Source of the DNA: Gammaproteobacteria bacterium
GTDB taxonomy: Bacteria > Pseudomonadota > Gammaproteobacteria > Steroidobacterales > JABDLF01
Direction of reading: 5' to 3'
DNA length: 64,000 bases
Assembly (NCBI GenBank): GCA_041565075.1
Contig: JBFGOQ010000001.1
Location: forward strand, 30,340-94,339
Below the pieces are notes generated by a model that saw only the letters and a list, made by a program, of their open reading frames with translations, was not told the DNA's origin and did not search any database. Position numbers and translations under genes: made by a program. Of the stretch, positions 8,426 through 15,916 are shown piece by piece (position 1 is the stretch's first letter; each line of letters starts with the position of its first letter).

Positions 8426-9883
8426 TCAGGTTTCCTCGTCGATAATCATCACCAGCTCTATGCGCCGGTTGCGTGCGCGCCCTTCCTTGGTTTCGTTATT
8501 TGCGATCGGCTGTTCTTCACCGTGTCCGACTGCAGCGATCTGACCCGGGTTGAGACGCAAGTTGACTATCAGGTACTGGCGCACGGCTTCGGCACGCTCG
8601 TGCGACAGATTCAGGTTTTTCTGATCGCTGCCGAAGGAATCTGTGTGACCCTCGACCACCAGGCGGGCACGAGGAAATACCCGAATGGCGCTCGAAACTT
8701 TCGCCAGTAACGGGAAGTTTTCTGCACTGATATCGGCTTTGCCTACGTCGAATCTGAGGCCCACCAGGCGCAGAATTATCTTGCCCGATTCCCTCAGAAC
8801 CGCCGCTTCATCGCTATCAAACATTGCCTCAATCTGCCGAAATCGTTGCCGCAAATGTTCCTGGCGGGCAAGTTCTTCTTGCAGAACCGAACGTTCCCTG
8901 GCCACTCCGCCGAGCCGCTGTTCGAGATCGCGGATTTCCAGTTCCATCTGGGCCAGCTGCTGCTCGCGGTCGGTCAAGGCAGTTACCAACCCGGCGATTT
9001 CTGACTGGCGGGCACGAATGTACTCGGTTATGGCAAGCGCTACCGGACCCGGTCCCTCATGGAAATTAGCCGCGAGATCCGCTGCGTCGGCAATGCCCGC
9101 CATAGTCTTCTCCCATTGCAAAACCAGGGATTCCTGGGTCAGGCGGCCTTCGCGAATGTCATCGAATATGCGCGCCAGAAAAATCGCATGACGCGCTTCG
9201 ATGTTTGCAGCCCGGGCCAAGGCACGTGGCCGATCGGCATCGTAGCGGTCTTCTGTTAGCGCCGCATCCGCTTCCCGGAGCAAGGCGTCGGCCTGGGCCA
9301 GCGTTTGCGGCGCATAGCGCTCAGCACGCAAAGCCCGTGCCTCGGCCAGCAGCTTGCGAGTATCAGCTAACAAGACTTGCTTGATGGCAGCCAATTCGGC
9401 ATTGCGATAGCCGCTTGCAAGGCGTTGGTCAAAAGTGGCCAGATCGCGATTGCGGCCCCTTTCAAGATCATTGGCGAGCTTTAGTAAGTCCTGATCGGTT
9501 TCCGCAAAAAGAACCGGGGCACGTTGGTCGGCCTCCGATGACAACGCGTCTTTTCTGGCTTGCAGGGCGCCAGACAAGCCCGGCGAAATTCTGGCGGACT
9601 GGCTGATTGCCGCTTCAAGGGACTCACTTGCCACTGTGATGTCAGCGCGAATCTTTTCCAGCGACTGGCCGCGCGCCAGGCGTTCTTCCGCATCCCGGTA
9701 AGCCTCCTGCGCACGACTAAAATTGCGTGGTGCGAGCAATTCTGCCTGTGCCTCACGAGCCTCAATAAGCAGCTTGTCCACCTGGCCGAACAAGCTCGCC
9801 CGCAAGTCGGCATCGGCGGCCAGCGCCACGACGCTCAGCAAGCCCAGCAGACTCAAGACAAGCCAAAATTTGATTGCATTCAT
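8426..9883 (-). CDS. OmpA/MotB-family peptidoglycan-binding protein with a long coiled-coil N-terminal region
   Basis: The C-terminal OmpA-like domain reads LVVEGHTDSFGSDQKNLNLSHERAEAVRQYL...GRARNRRIELV. The signal peptide MNAIKFWLVLSLLGLLSVVALA begins at the internal Met (9883). The track ORF's 59-aa leader would run into the upstream gene. Confidence 0.8.
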   Translation of the reverse strand: MNAIKFWLVLSLLGLLSVVALAADADLRASLFGQVDKLLIEAREAQAELLAPRNFSRAQEAYRDAEERLARGQSLEKIRADITVASESLEAAISQSARISPGLSGALQARKDALSSEADQRAPVLFAETDQDLLKLANDLERGRNRDLATFDQRLASGYRNAELAAIKQVLLADTRKLLAEARALRAERYAPQTLAQADALLREADAALTEDRYDADRPRALARAANIEARHAIFLARIFDDIREGRLTQESLVLQWEKTMAGIADAADLAANFHEGPGPVALAITEYIRARQSEIAGLVTALTDREQQLAQMELEIRDLEQRLGGVARERSVLQEELARQEHLRQRFRQIEAMFDSDEAAVLRESGKIILRLVGLRFDVGKADISAENFPLLAKVSSAIRVFPRARLVVEGHTDSFGSDQKNLNLSHERAEAVRQYLIVNLRLNPGQIAAVGHGEEQPIANNETKEGRARNRRIELVMIIDEET

Positions 9884-9926
9884 AGAAGGCTCCGGTAACG
9901 CACAGCCTGTAGCGAGCAGGCGGGCA

Positions 9927-11090
9927 TCATGGCGCAAATTGCTCGATAACTGCAAAAAACCTGGCCAGATCTTGTGCGTCGTTATGCAGGTGCGGGGCCA
10001 CCCGGATCTTGCAGCCGCGAACGCTGACGTGAACGTTAGCGTTTTGCAGCGCTGGCACAAGACCTTCCGGGATAGGCCCGGGGAAACCCAGGCCCAGTAA
10101 ATGAGGACTGCGCGCGCTGGCGGGCGCTACCTCGTAGTCAAGCGCCAGTGCCCGGTCCGCGATTTCGGTAGTAAAGGACTGCAGGGTCGCGGCGATCCGC
10201 GACGGCTGCCAGGCCAGGATCTGCGCCAGAGCCGCCCGGGCCATGGGCAGGAGAATGAAATTGCTGTGCTCACCGGCATCATAGCGTCGGGCGCCGGGCC
10301 GATATTGGTCGTGGTAATCGATCAGGCCGGCAAAGTTTTCGCTACCGGCCCGGCTGATCCAGGCTTGCTCCAGCGGCATGCCTTGCTGATGCCAGGGTGC
10401 CGCATACAGGAAACTGACGCCGTATGGACTCAGCAACCACTTGTATGCAGCGGCCACCATGAAATCTGGTTGGATTGCGGATACAGAAAAGGGTACCGCG
10501 CCCAGCGACTGCGTCAGGTCGAGAACCAGCGCGGTGCCCGATTCGCGGCAGCGATCGCTGATGATTTGCAGATCCAGCGCCGTGCCATCCGTCCAATGCA
10601 CCTGCGGCAGTGCCGCGATCGCGGTGCGTTCGCTTATGTTCTCGAGGACCGCCCGGGTCCAGTTACTGTCAGCAGGTCGGGCAACTGTCCGGATGTTGGC
10701 CTGGCAACGTTGCGCCAGGATTTGCCATGGATAGACATTCGAGGGGAATTGTTCGGCAAGCAACAGGATATCCTCGCCGGGTTGGGGCGCCAGGTTCGCG
10801 GCTGCGATGCCAATGCCGTAACTGACCGATGGGATCAGGGCGATATCATCTGGCCGGGCATCGGCGATTTCAGAAAAATATTGTCGTAACTGGTCCGGGA
10901 CTTCGAAGAAGTCGCGGGATGTCGTTGTCCAGGGAGCGCTGCCGGCGGTAAGTGCCATGCGCCCGGCATCGCTTACGCTGGTAAGACGCGGGCCCATGTA
11001 GGCAGCGTTCAGGTAACAAACGCTACGCGGTACCTCAAAAAGATGTCGCTGACTGACCAGCATCGCTTCTGTTTTGTGCAAAATCACCAT
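9927..11090 (-). CDS. Class V (cysteine desulfurase / kynureninase-like) PLP-dependent aminotransferase-fold enzyme
   Basis: The ORF is 387 aa. It has a PLP-lysine context FMVAAAYKWLLSPYGVSFLY and the overall class-V layout. The start may be Met10 (11063). Confidence 0.65.
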   Translation of the reverse strand: MVILHKTEAMLVSQRHLFEVPRSVCYLNAAYMGPRLTSVSDAGRMALTAGSAPWTTTSRDFFEVPDQLRQYFSEIADARPDDIALIPSVSYGIGIAAANLAPQPGEDILLLAEQFPSNVYPWQILAQRCQANIRTVARPADSNWTRAVLENISERTAIAALPQVHWTDGTALDLQIISDRCRESGTALVLDLTQSLGAVPFSVSAIQPDFMVAAAYKWLLSPYGVSFLYAAPWHQQGMPLEQAWISRAGSENFAGLIDYHDQYRPGARRYDAGEHSNFILLPMARAALAQILAWQPSRIAATLQSFTTEIADRALALDYEVAPASARSPHLLGLGFPGPIPEGLVPALQNANVHVSVRGCKIRVAPHLHNDAQDLARFFAVIEQFAP

Positions 11091-11140
11091 GTGAGTTCAG
11101 TCTTATCTGCCAGCCAAATGCGGGTGTATAGTCACTTGAG

Positions 11141-12112
11141 ATGGAAGATTTCACTATACCTTCGGCCGCCGCCACCGCGAAGTTACTCGATGATCGACTC
11201 GGTGCCGACGCGGTTCGAAGCAGGCTCGAGGCCGAAAAAGGGCATGGCAAACCGGTGGCCGGGCATGCGACGGTTTTCGCCTACCTGGAGGAGTGGTTCC
11301 TCGGTCCCAAGTTTCTGCGCGCCGTGCTCGGTGGGCTGGGACTTTACCGCAGAGGCAGGAAAAACGCGCTGGATATCACGCTGCGTCGCAACGAGTTTAT
11401 CGCCGCGGATTTGCCTGCAGCGTTTGATGGCTTCCGTATTTTGCATCTCAGCGACCTGCATATCGATGTGTCACGGCAATTACAATCCGTTCTGCACGAG
11501 CGCATGGAGGGGCTTGAATTTGACCTGGGCGTGATAACCGGGGATCTGAGATTTGCGACTTATGGAGATGCGCGGCCCGCCCTCGCTGCGATGCAGCGCC
11601 TGCGGCCGTTGCTGGGTTCACGTGCCCTGCTGGTGCTCGGCAATCATGACTCCTTGCGCTGGGTGCCGGTGCTCGAAGACTTCGGATACGAGGTTTTGGT
11701 CAACGAATTTACACAGGTATCTGTGAACGGCGATATTCTGTACATCGGCGGCGTGGACGACGCCGGCTATTTTGGGGCAAGTGACCTGGCGGCAGCCGGG
11801 GCCGCAATTCCCGACCAGGCCTGTGCGTTGTTGCTCAGTCATTCGCCGGAGATTGTCGCCGACTCGCGCCTGGAGAAATTCGACTTTGTACTTTGCGGCC
11901 ATAGCCATGGTGGCCAAATCAACCTGCCGGGCGGCTGGCCGCTCGTTACCAATACACGCTGCCACAGGCGTTATTGCAAAGGTCGTTGGCGGCACGGCCC
12001 TGTCCAGGGCTACACGAGTTCAGGGGTGGGAACTTCTTTACTTGACGTCAGGTTCAACTGTCCCCCCGAAATTACCTTGCACCGGTTGCTTGTGGGTCAC
12101 GAGCCTGCGTGA
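11141..12112 (+). CDS. Metallophosphoesterase (YaeI-like calcineurin-fold phosphodiesterase)
   Basis: It carries the motifs ILHLSDLHID, GDLRF, GNHD and GHSHGGQ in the canonical order. Confidence 0.8.
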   Translation: MEDFTIPSAAATAKLLDDRLGADAVRSRLEAEKGHGKPVAGHATVFAYLEEWFLGPKFLRAVLGGLGLYRRGRKNALDITLRRNEFIAADLPAAFDGFRILHLSDLHIDVSRQLQSVLHERMEGLEFDLGVITGDLRFATYGDARPALAAMQRLRPLLGSRALLVLGNHDSLRWVPVLEDFGYEVLVNEFTQVSVNGDILYIGGVDDAGYFGASDLAAAGAAIPDQACALLLSHSPEIVADSRLEKFDFVLCGHSHGGQINLPGGWPLVTNTRCHRRYCKGRWRHGPVQGYTSSGVGTSLLDVRFNCPPEITLHRLLVGHEPA

Positions 12113-12307
12113 TTAGCCTGGATCGGGTTTTGCGGGAGGGCGTTGCCTGGCGAAATGTGACAGCAAGAACTCCTGGTCGACGGGGGATAAATCGAACTTT
12201 CGACAGGCTGCATCGATTGCTTTACCCGAGTGATCGCCCTGGTCTGACAACCACCTCACGGCATCGCGTAAAGCCGTGCCTGATCCCGGTTTGTTACTTT
12301 GGGCCAT
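12113..12307 (-). CDS. Hypothetical 64-aa protein, last ORF in the same orientation as the binding-protein/GGDEF-EAL operon
   Basis: This is an ATG-started ORF, MAQSNKPGSGTALRDAVRWLSDQGDHSGKAIDAACRKFDLSPVDQEFLLSHF.... It fills the otherwise empty 227-bp gap. The composition looks globular and helical. I see no clear Shine-Dalgarno sequence and recognise no family. Confidence 0.35.
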   Translation of the reverse strand: MAQSNKPGSGTALRDAVRWLSDQGDHSGKAIDAACRKFDLSPVDQEFLLSHFARQRPPAKPDPG

Positions 12308-12339
12308 GACAATAGCTGCTGATAAGGATTACCGGCCTG

Positions 12340-14532
12340 CTAAATTGCCTCGAGGTTCGCCCTGGTATCCGGCCCTTTCTTGCCTGGCTTGAAATCCAGG
12401 TGCAGCGGCAACTCCCGCGCATTCATTTCAGGTCCGAGGAACTGACCCTGAAGATAGCGGCAACCATTGTCCTTGAGCCACTGGGCCTGGACATCGCTGG
12501 TAACCCCGACAGCACAAACTTCGAGGTTGAGTGAATTGGCCATGTCAATTACTGCCTTGACGAATTGCCGCAGTCTCTCGTCGGTGCTGACATTTCTGAT
12601 AAACCGTGGATTCAACTTGATGCCACGGGCGGGTACACGCTGCAGATTGAGCAAAGATGCAGATCCGGAGCCGAACTGGTCGATCCAGATTTCGAATCCG
12701 GCCTCGTTCCATTTGCGCAATATGCTGACGCTTTCACCCGAAGCCGAAATGATCCGGTCTTCACTGGCTTCGATGCGGATATCACGCGGGCCGAGCTCCC
12801 ATTGCGCTAACAATCCGGTGACCAGATCGGGCAGATCTTCACGCAACAATTGTCGCGACGAAATATTGATGGACACGAACAGGCCGTCGAGACCCTGATC
12901 TCTCCATTTGGCCAGATCTGCGCATACCCGTGCCAGGGCCCAGCGGCCCAGCCGCTCGATCTCACCCGATTTCTCGGCGACTTCAATAAATTCTGCGGCT
13001 TTTATAAGCCCGCGCTTGGGATGATGCCATCGGACCAGGGCTTCTGCCCCAATCGTTCTGCCGCTGCCGGCAGCAACTATTGGCTGGTAATGGACCGTAA
13101 GGCCTTCGCTGTCCAGCGCACGACGAAGGTCGTTGATCATAAACAATTTGTCTCGAGTTTCTTCGAACATGAAATCTTCGTAGAAGTGAAACGCGTGCTT
13201 GCCGCGACGTTTAGCGTGATACATCGCGACATCTGAATGTGCCAGCAGAGTCTCAGCGTCCCGCCCGTCTTCAGGAAAGGTGGCAATGCCAATGCTGGCG
13301 CCGATATAAACTTCGTGCCCGTTAACATTAAACGGCTCACGCAGTGTCTTCAGCACCGCAGCCGCCACGATGCCAGCCTGTTGCCGGTCCTGCAGGTTTT
13401 CCAGGATCACGGTGAATTCATCGCCGCCCAGTCGCGCCACGGAGTATTTCCCCTGGTGGCCAACACGCCACGTCGATGCAGGCTCACTGTCCAGGCAGTC
13501 GATGAGGCGTTGTGCCGTGCTGATCAGCAGTGCGTCGCCGGCATCGTGCCCCAGGGTGTCGTTAACGGGCTTGAAATCGTCGAGATCGATGAACAGGACC
13601 GCGCCCCCGACCTTGCCCGTCCGACAGTTAATGCAAAGTTGTGCCAGCGAATCCAGCAAGCTCGCGCGGTTGGGCAAGCCGGTCAGAGGATCATGATAGG
13701 CGAGAAACTCAATTTCTTTCTGACTGGACTCGAGGTCCTGGCTCATGCCCCGGAAGGCCAATGCAAGATCACCGATTTCGTCGTTCCTGCCGACCACGAC
13801 ATGGTGATCAAAGTCGCCCTTGCCCAGTTGTCTTGCCTGCCTGGCCAGGTCGCGAATCGGACTCGCCAGCTTGCGGCCTGTGACCAGGGCGAGCAGGGCG
13901 CCGGCCAGCACGAAGACCAGGGTGAAAATGCCGGCATAAGTCAGTTCCTTGCGCAGCCGTTGGCCGGTCAGCGCACTGAGGTTGTTTCGCAGGCCTGCCG
14001 ATTCGGCGGCAACTACATCCAACGAGAGCCCGACCGCAACCCCTCCCAGATGTTCGTCGCCAAGCTTGACGGGTCTGACAATGTGGAGGATTTCCCCGTC
14101 GCGAACCAGGTGCAATTCGCGGGTGGCGCCTGCATCCCAGCCCAGCAGTTCGTCAAGCTGCTGACCGTAAGACGCGATCGCGGGACTGCCGTCATGGACG
14201 ATTGCACCTTGCGCGTCGTAGACGTAGGCGAACACCACGTCGCGCTGCGCCACTGTCGTCGAGAGATACTCCAGCATTCTTTGCAGATTCAGGGCGAATA
14301 AGGGGTTAGTGAGATTTTGCACCAGGTATTGCGTCATGATCCGGCCCCGCTCTCTGACCTGTTCCTCGAGATGCGCCTCGATGGCCTCGCTGGTGACGTT
14401 TTGGACTTCCCCTGCAGCAGACTTGAACTGCCAGACTGACAGCAGAGAAAGACCGATCATGCTGACGAGTATGACGAGCAGAATTTGCACGAAATAGCGT
14501 GTTTGCAAGTTGATGCGAATGCGCTTGTTCAC
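12340..14532 (-). CDS. Membrane sensor HAMP-GGDEF-EAL protein (canonical GGDEF, degenerate EAL)
   Basis: The ORF is 730 aa. An N-terminal TM helix, a periplasmic region and a second TM helix are followed by HAMP (PIRDLARQARQLGKGDFDHHV...IGDLALAFRGM). The GGDEF domain reads ...ARLGGDEFTVIL. The EAL domain has EALVRW, but DQFGSGS replaces DDFGTG, KLN replaces KID, and AVGVTS replaces AEGVET. Confidence 0.9.
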   Translation of the reverse strand: MNKRIRINLQTRYFVQILLVILVSMIGLSLLSVWQFKSAAGEVQNVTSEAIEAHLEEQVRERGRIMTQYLVQNLTNPLFALNLQRMLEYLSTTVAQRDVVFAYVYDAQGAIVHDGSPAIASYGQQLDELLGWDAGATRELHLVRDGEILHIVRPVKLGDEHLGGVAVGLSLDVVAAESAGLRNNLSALTGQRLRKELTYAGIFTLVFVLAGALLALVTGRKLASPIRDLARQARQLGKGDFDHHVVVGRNDEIGDLALAFRGMSQDLESSQKEIEFLAYHDPLTGLPNRASLLDSLAQLCINCRTGKVGGAVLFIDLDDFKPVNDTLGHDAGDALLISTAQRLIDCLDSEPASTWRVGHQGKYSVARLGGDEFTVILENLQDRQQAGIVAAAVLKTLREPFNVNGHEVYIGASIGIATFPEDGRDAETLLAHSDVAMYHAKRRGKHAFHFYEDFMFEETRDKLFMINDLRRALDSEGLTVHYQPIVAAGSGRTIGAEALVRWHHPKRGLIKAAEFIEVAEKSGEIERLGRWALARVCADLAKWRDQGLDGLFVSINISSRQLLREDLPDLVTGLLAQWELGPRDIRIEASEDRIISASGESVSILRKWNEAGFEIWIDQFGSGSASLLNLQRVPARGIKLNPRFIRNVSTDERLRQFVKAVIDMANSLNLEVCAVGVTSDVQAQWLKDNGCRYLQGQFLGPEMNARELPLHLDFKPGKKGPDTRANLEAI

Positions 14533-15482
14533 GGTGCCCCCGGCATTTCGGCCGGCGCTGCGCTAACGGCATCCCGTATGTTGCGCAGAGCGATTCGGGA
14601 TTCGCGGTCCAACTCGTCGAACCTGGTAGTCATCTGGTAGGCCAGAAGCGCGTCACGTGCTTTCGGATCATCGTGCGCCGCGAGCAAAATCTCTTTGATT
14701 GCGGTTTTGACACGGTGATTTAAGCTGGCCCGCACGAGCTCGACTGCCCTTGGGATTGGTGGGCTCGTATACACAATCTTCATGTCATTACGCGCGTTTT
14801 CCGGGATCAGGTCTTTCTGTTCCCAGTCGAGATCGCTGAGGACACCCGCATTTATCAGGCCCTTGTGCACCCACATGGCGGTGTTGTATTCGGCATTTGA
14901 AAATATATAGCTGACGGAGTCGGATGTGGGTCTTTCCCGTACCGATCTCATGGGTCTGAGCGCCAGGCCTTCTGCCAGCATCGCCGCACGGGGCACAAAG
15001 AAGCCGGTTGTCGAGCCCGGGTGCTGAAAGGCAATGCTGCCGCCTTGCAGGTCGCGCAGGCTGTCGATACCGCTGTCCTTGCGAACAAAAATCACACTTT
15101 TATAGACAGGTACGCCATGCTTCCATTTGCGCAGCAGAATTTCGGCGTCGGCATGCTTTTCCAGCATGGCTGCCGAGTAGGCGGTTTCGGTAACCCAGTC
15201 AACCCGGCCGTCACGCAGGAATCGAATCATCTGTTCGTGACTTTCGGCAATCTGAATATCCACGTTTTGCACACCTAGAGGTGCCAGCATGGTGGTCATG
15301 TATTCGGCCAGCGGCTTCATGGCACTGATGTGTCGTTGCGGGTCGTCGCTGATGGCTGCCATGACCACGAGCCGTGGAATCTGTTCAGCATCGCGCGCCC
15401 AGGTCGCCTGGCACGCACACAGCGCGGCCAGGAAAATCAGTAAGGCTTTACTGCAGGCTATATTGCGCCGGCGGTTGAACAT
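14529..15482 (-). CDS. Periplasmic PhnD-like (phosphonate-bd family) substrate-binding protein
   Basis: The likely start is MFNRRRNIACSKALLIFLAALCACQA (15482). The core reads VYKSVIFVRKDSGIDSLRDLQGGSIAFQHPGSTTGFFVPRAAML, which is typical of the PhnD-type binding fold. The stop overlaps the downstream GGDEF-EAL start (ATGA at 14532..14529). Confidence 0.65.
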   Translation of the reverse strand: MFNRRRNIACSKALLIFLAALCACQATWARDAEQIPRLVVMAAISDDPQRHISAMKPLAEYMTTMLAPLGVQNVDIQIAESHEQMIRFLRDGRVDWVTETAYSAAMLEKHADAEILLRKWKHGVPVYKSVIFVRKDSGIDSLRDLQGGSIAFQHPGSTTGFFVPRAAMLAEGLALRPMRSVRERPTSDSVSYIFSNAEYNTAMWVHKGLINAGVLSDLDWEQKDLIPENARNDMKIVYTSPPIPRAVELVRASLNHRVKTAIKEILLAAHDDPKARDALLAYQMTTRFDELDRESRIALRNIRDAVSAAPAEMPGAP

Positions 15483-15576
15483 CGGGTCTTCCCAAGCAGG
15501 CAAAGTCAGCACGCAGGCAACATCAGCGCCGCGCGTGACAGGTGAATGAATTATGACAAATAGGAACTTGCGTTCG

Positions 15577-15594
15577 ATGTGATGCCTATCACAT
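15577..15594. promoter_or_regulatory. Perfect CRP-type box ATGTGAT-GCCT-ATCACAT
   Basis: Read directly: cgATGTGATGCCTATCACATtaaaa. It equals TGTGA-N6-TCACA with 7-bp perfect arms. It lies in the divergent region between the binding-protein operon (start 15482) and small gene A. On the minus strand a CATAAT hexamer (15555..15550) lies 22 nt after the core, which is a class-II-like geometry. Confidence 0.65.
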
Positions 15595-15673
15595 TAAAAA
15601 GGACTGCAACAATCGTTGACGCAGGAAATGAACGGGCGAGGCGGCGAAAACGGCGGGTTTTGCGGGGCGGAAC

Positions 15674-15687
15674 CCAGTTCACAGATT
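15674..15687 (+). promoter_or_regulatory. CCAGTTCACAGATT motif, copy 1 (contains a TCACA half-site 21 nt upstream of the TAGATT -10-like hexamer at 15705..15710)
   Basis: An identical 14-mer recurs at 18536..18549, upstream of the paralogous small gene. Confidence 0.4.
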
Positions 15688-15718
15688 GTTGGATGCAATT
15701 TCGCTAGATTGTCGCGCC

Positions 15719-15916
15719 ATGGCAATTTCCTACTACACGAGTTTTCTCGTTGAAGACCCTGATTGCGATGATTTTCGGCACATTAGCGGTGTCCTTGATC
15801 TGCAGCAGCCGCCAGCGCGATCTTTATGCGATGCTGATCTGCGTGCGATCCTTGCGCAAGGCCTTAACGTCGGCAGCGAGAATATACAACTGGTGTGCTG
15901 GTCGGCGCTGCATTAA
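15719..15916 (+). CDS. Small protein of unknown family, paralogue A (65 aa)
   Basis: MAISYYTSFLVEDPDCDDFRHISGVLDLQQPPARSLCDADLRAILAQGLNVGSENIQLVCWSALH. It aligns without gaps over all 65 residues with the product of 18673..18870 (20 identities plus many conservative pairs). Synonymous differences in the shared TSFLV block argue for protein-level selection. The track ORF begins at TTG 15686, so the start is uncertain. Confidence 0.6.
   Translation: MAISYYTSFLVEDPDCDDFRHISGVLDLQQPPARSLCDADLRAILAQGLNVGSENIQLVCWSALH

Noticed and set aside
8426-10060. Long N-terminal extensions in several track ORFs. Examples are 8426..10060, 29630..30454, 44852..46285, 39433..40341, 7481..8416 and 33107..35149.
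   Set aside because: The extensions are Arg/Pro/Cys-rich and precede obvious signal peptides or conserved N-termini. They would also overlap neighbouring genes. Internal Met starts were used instead.
13237-14301. A 354-aa plus-strand ORF inside the HAMP-GGDEF-EAL gene.
   Set aside because: It is a shadow frame of a confidently identified gene. It has no recognisable motifs and no independent start context.
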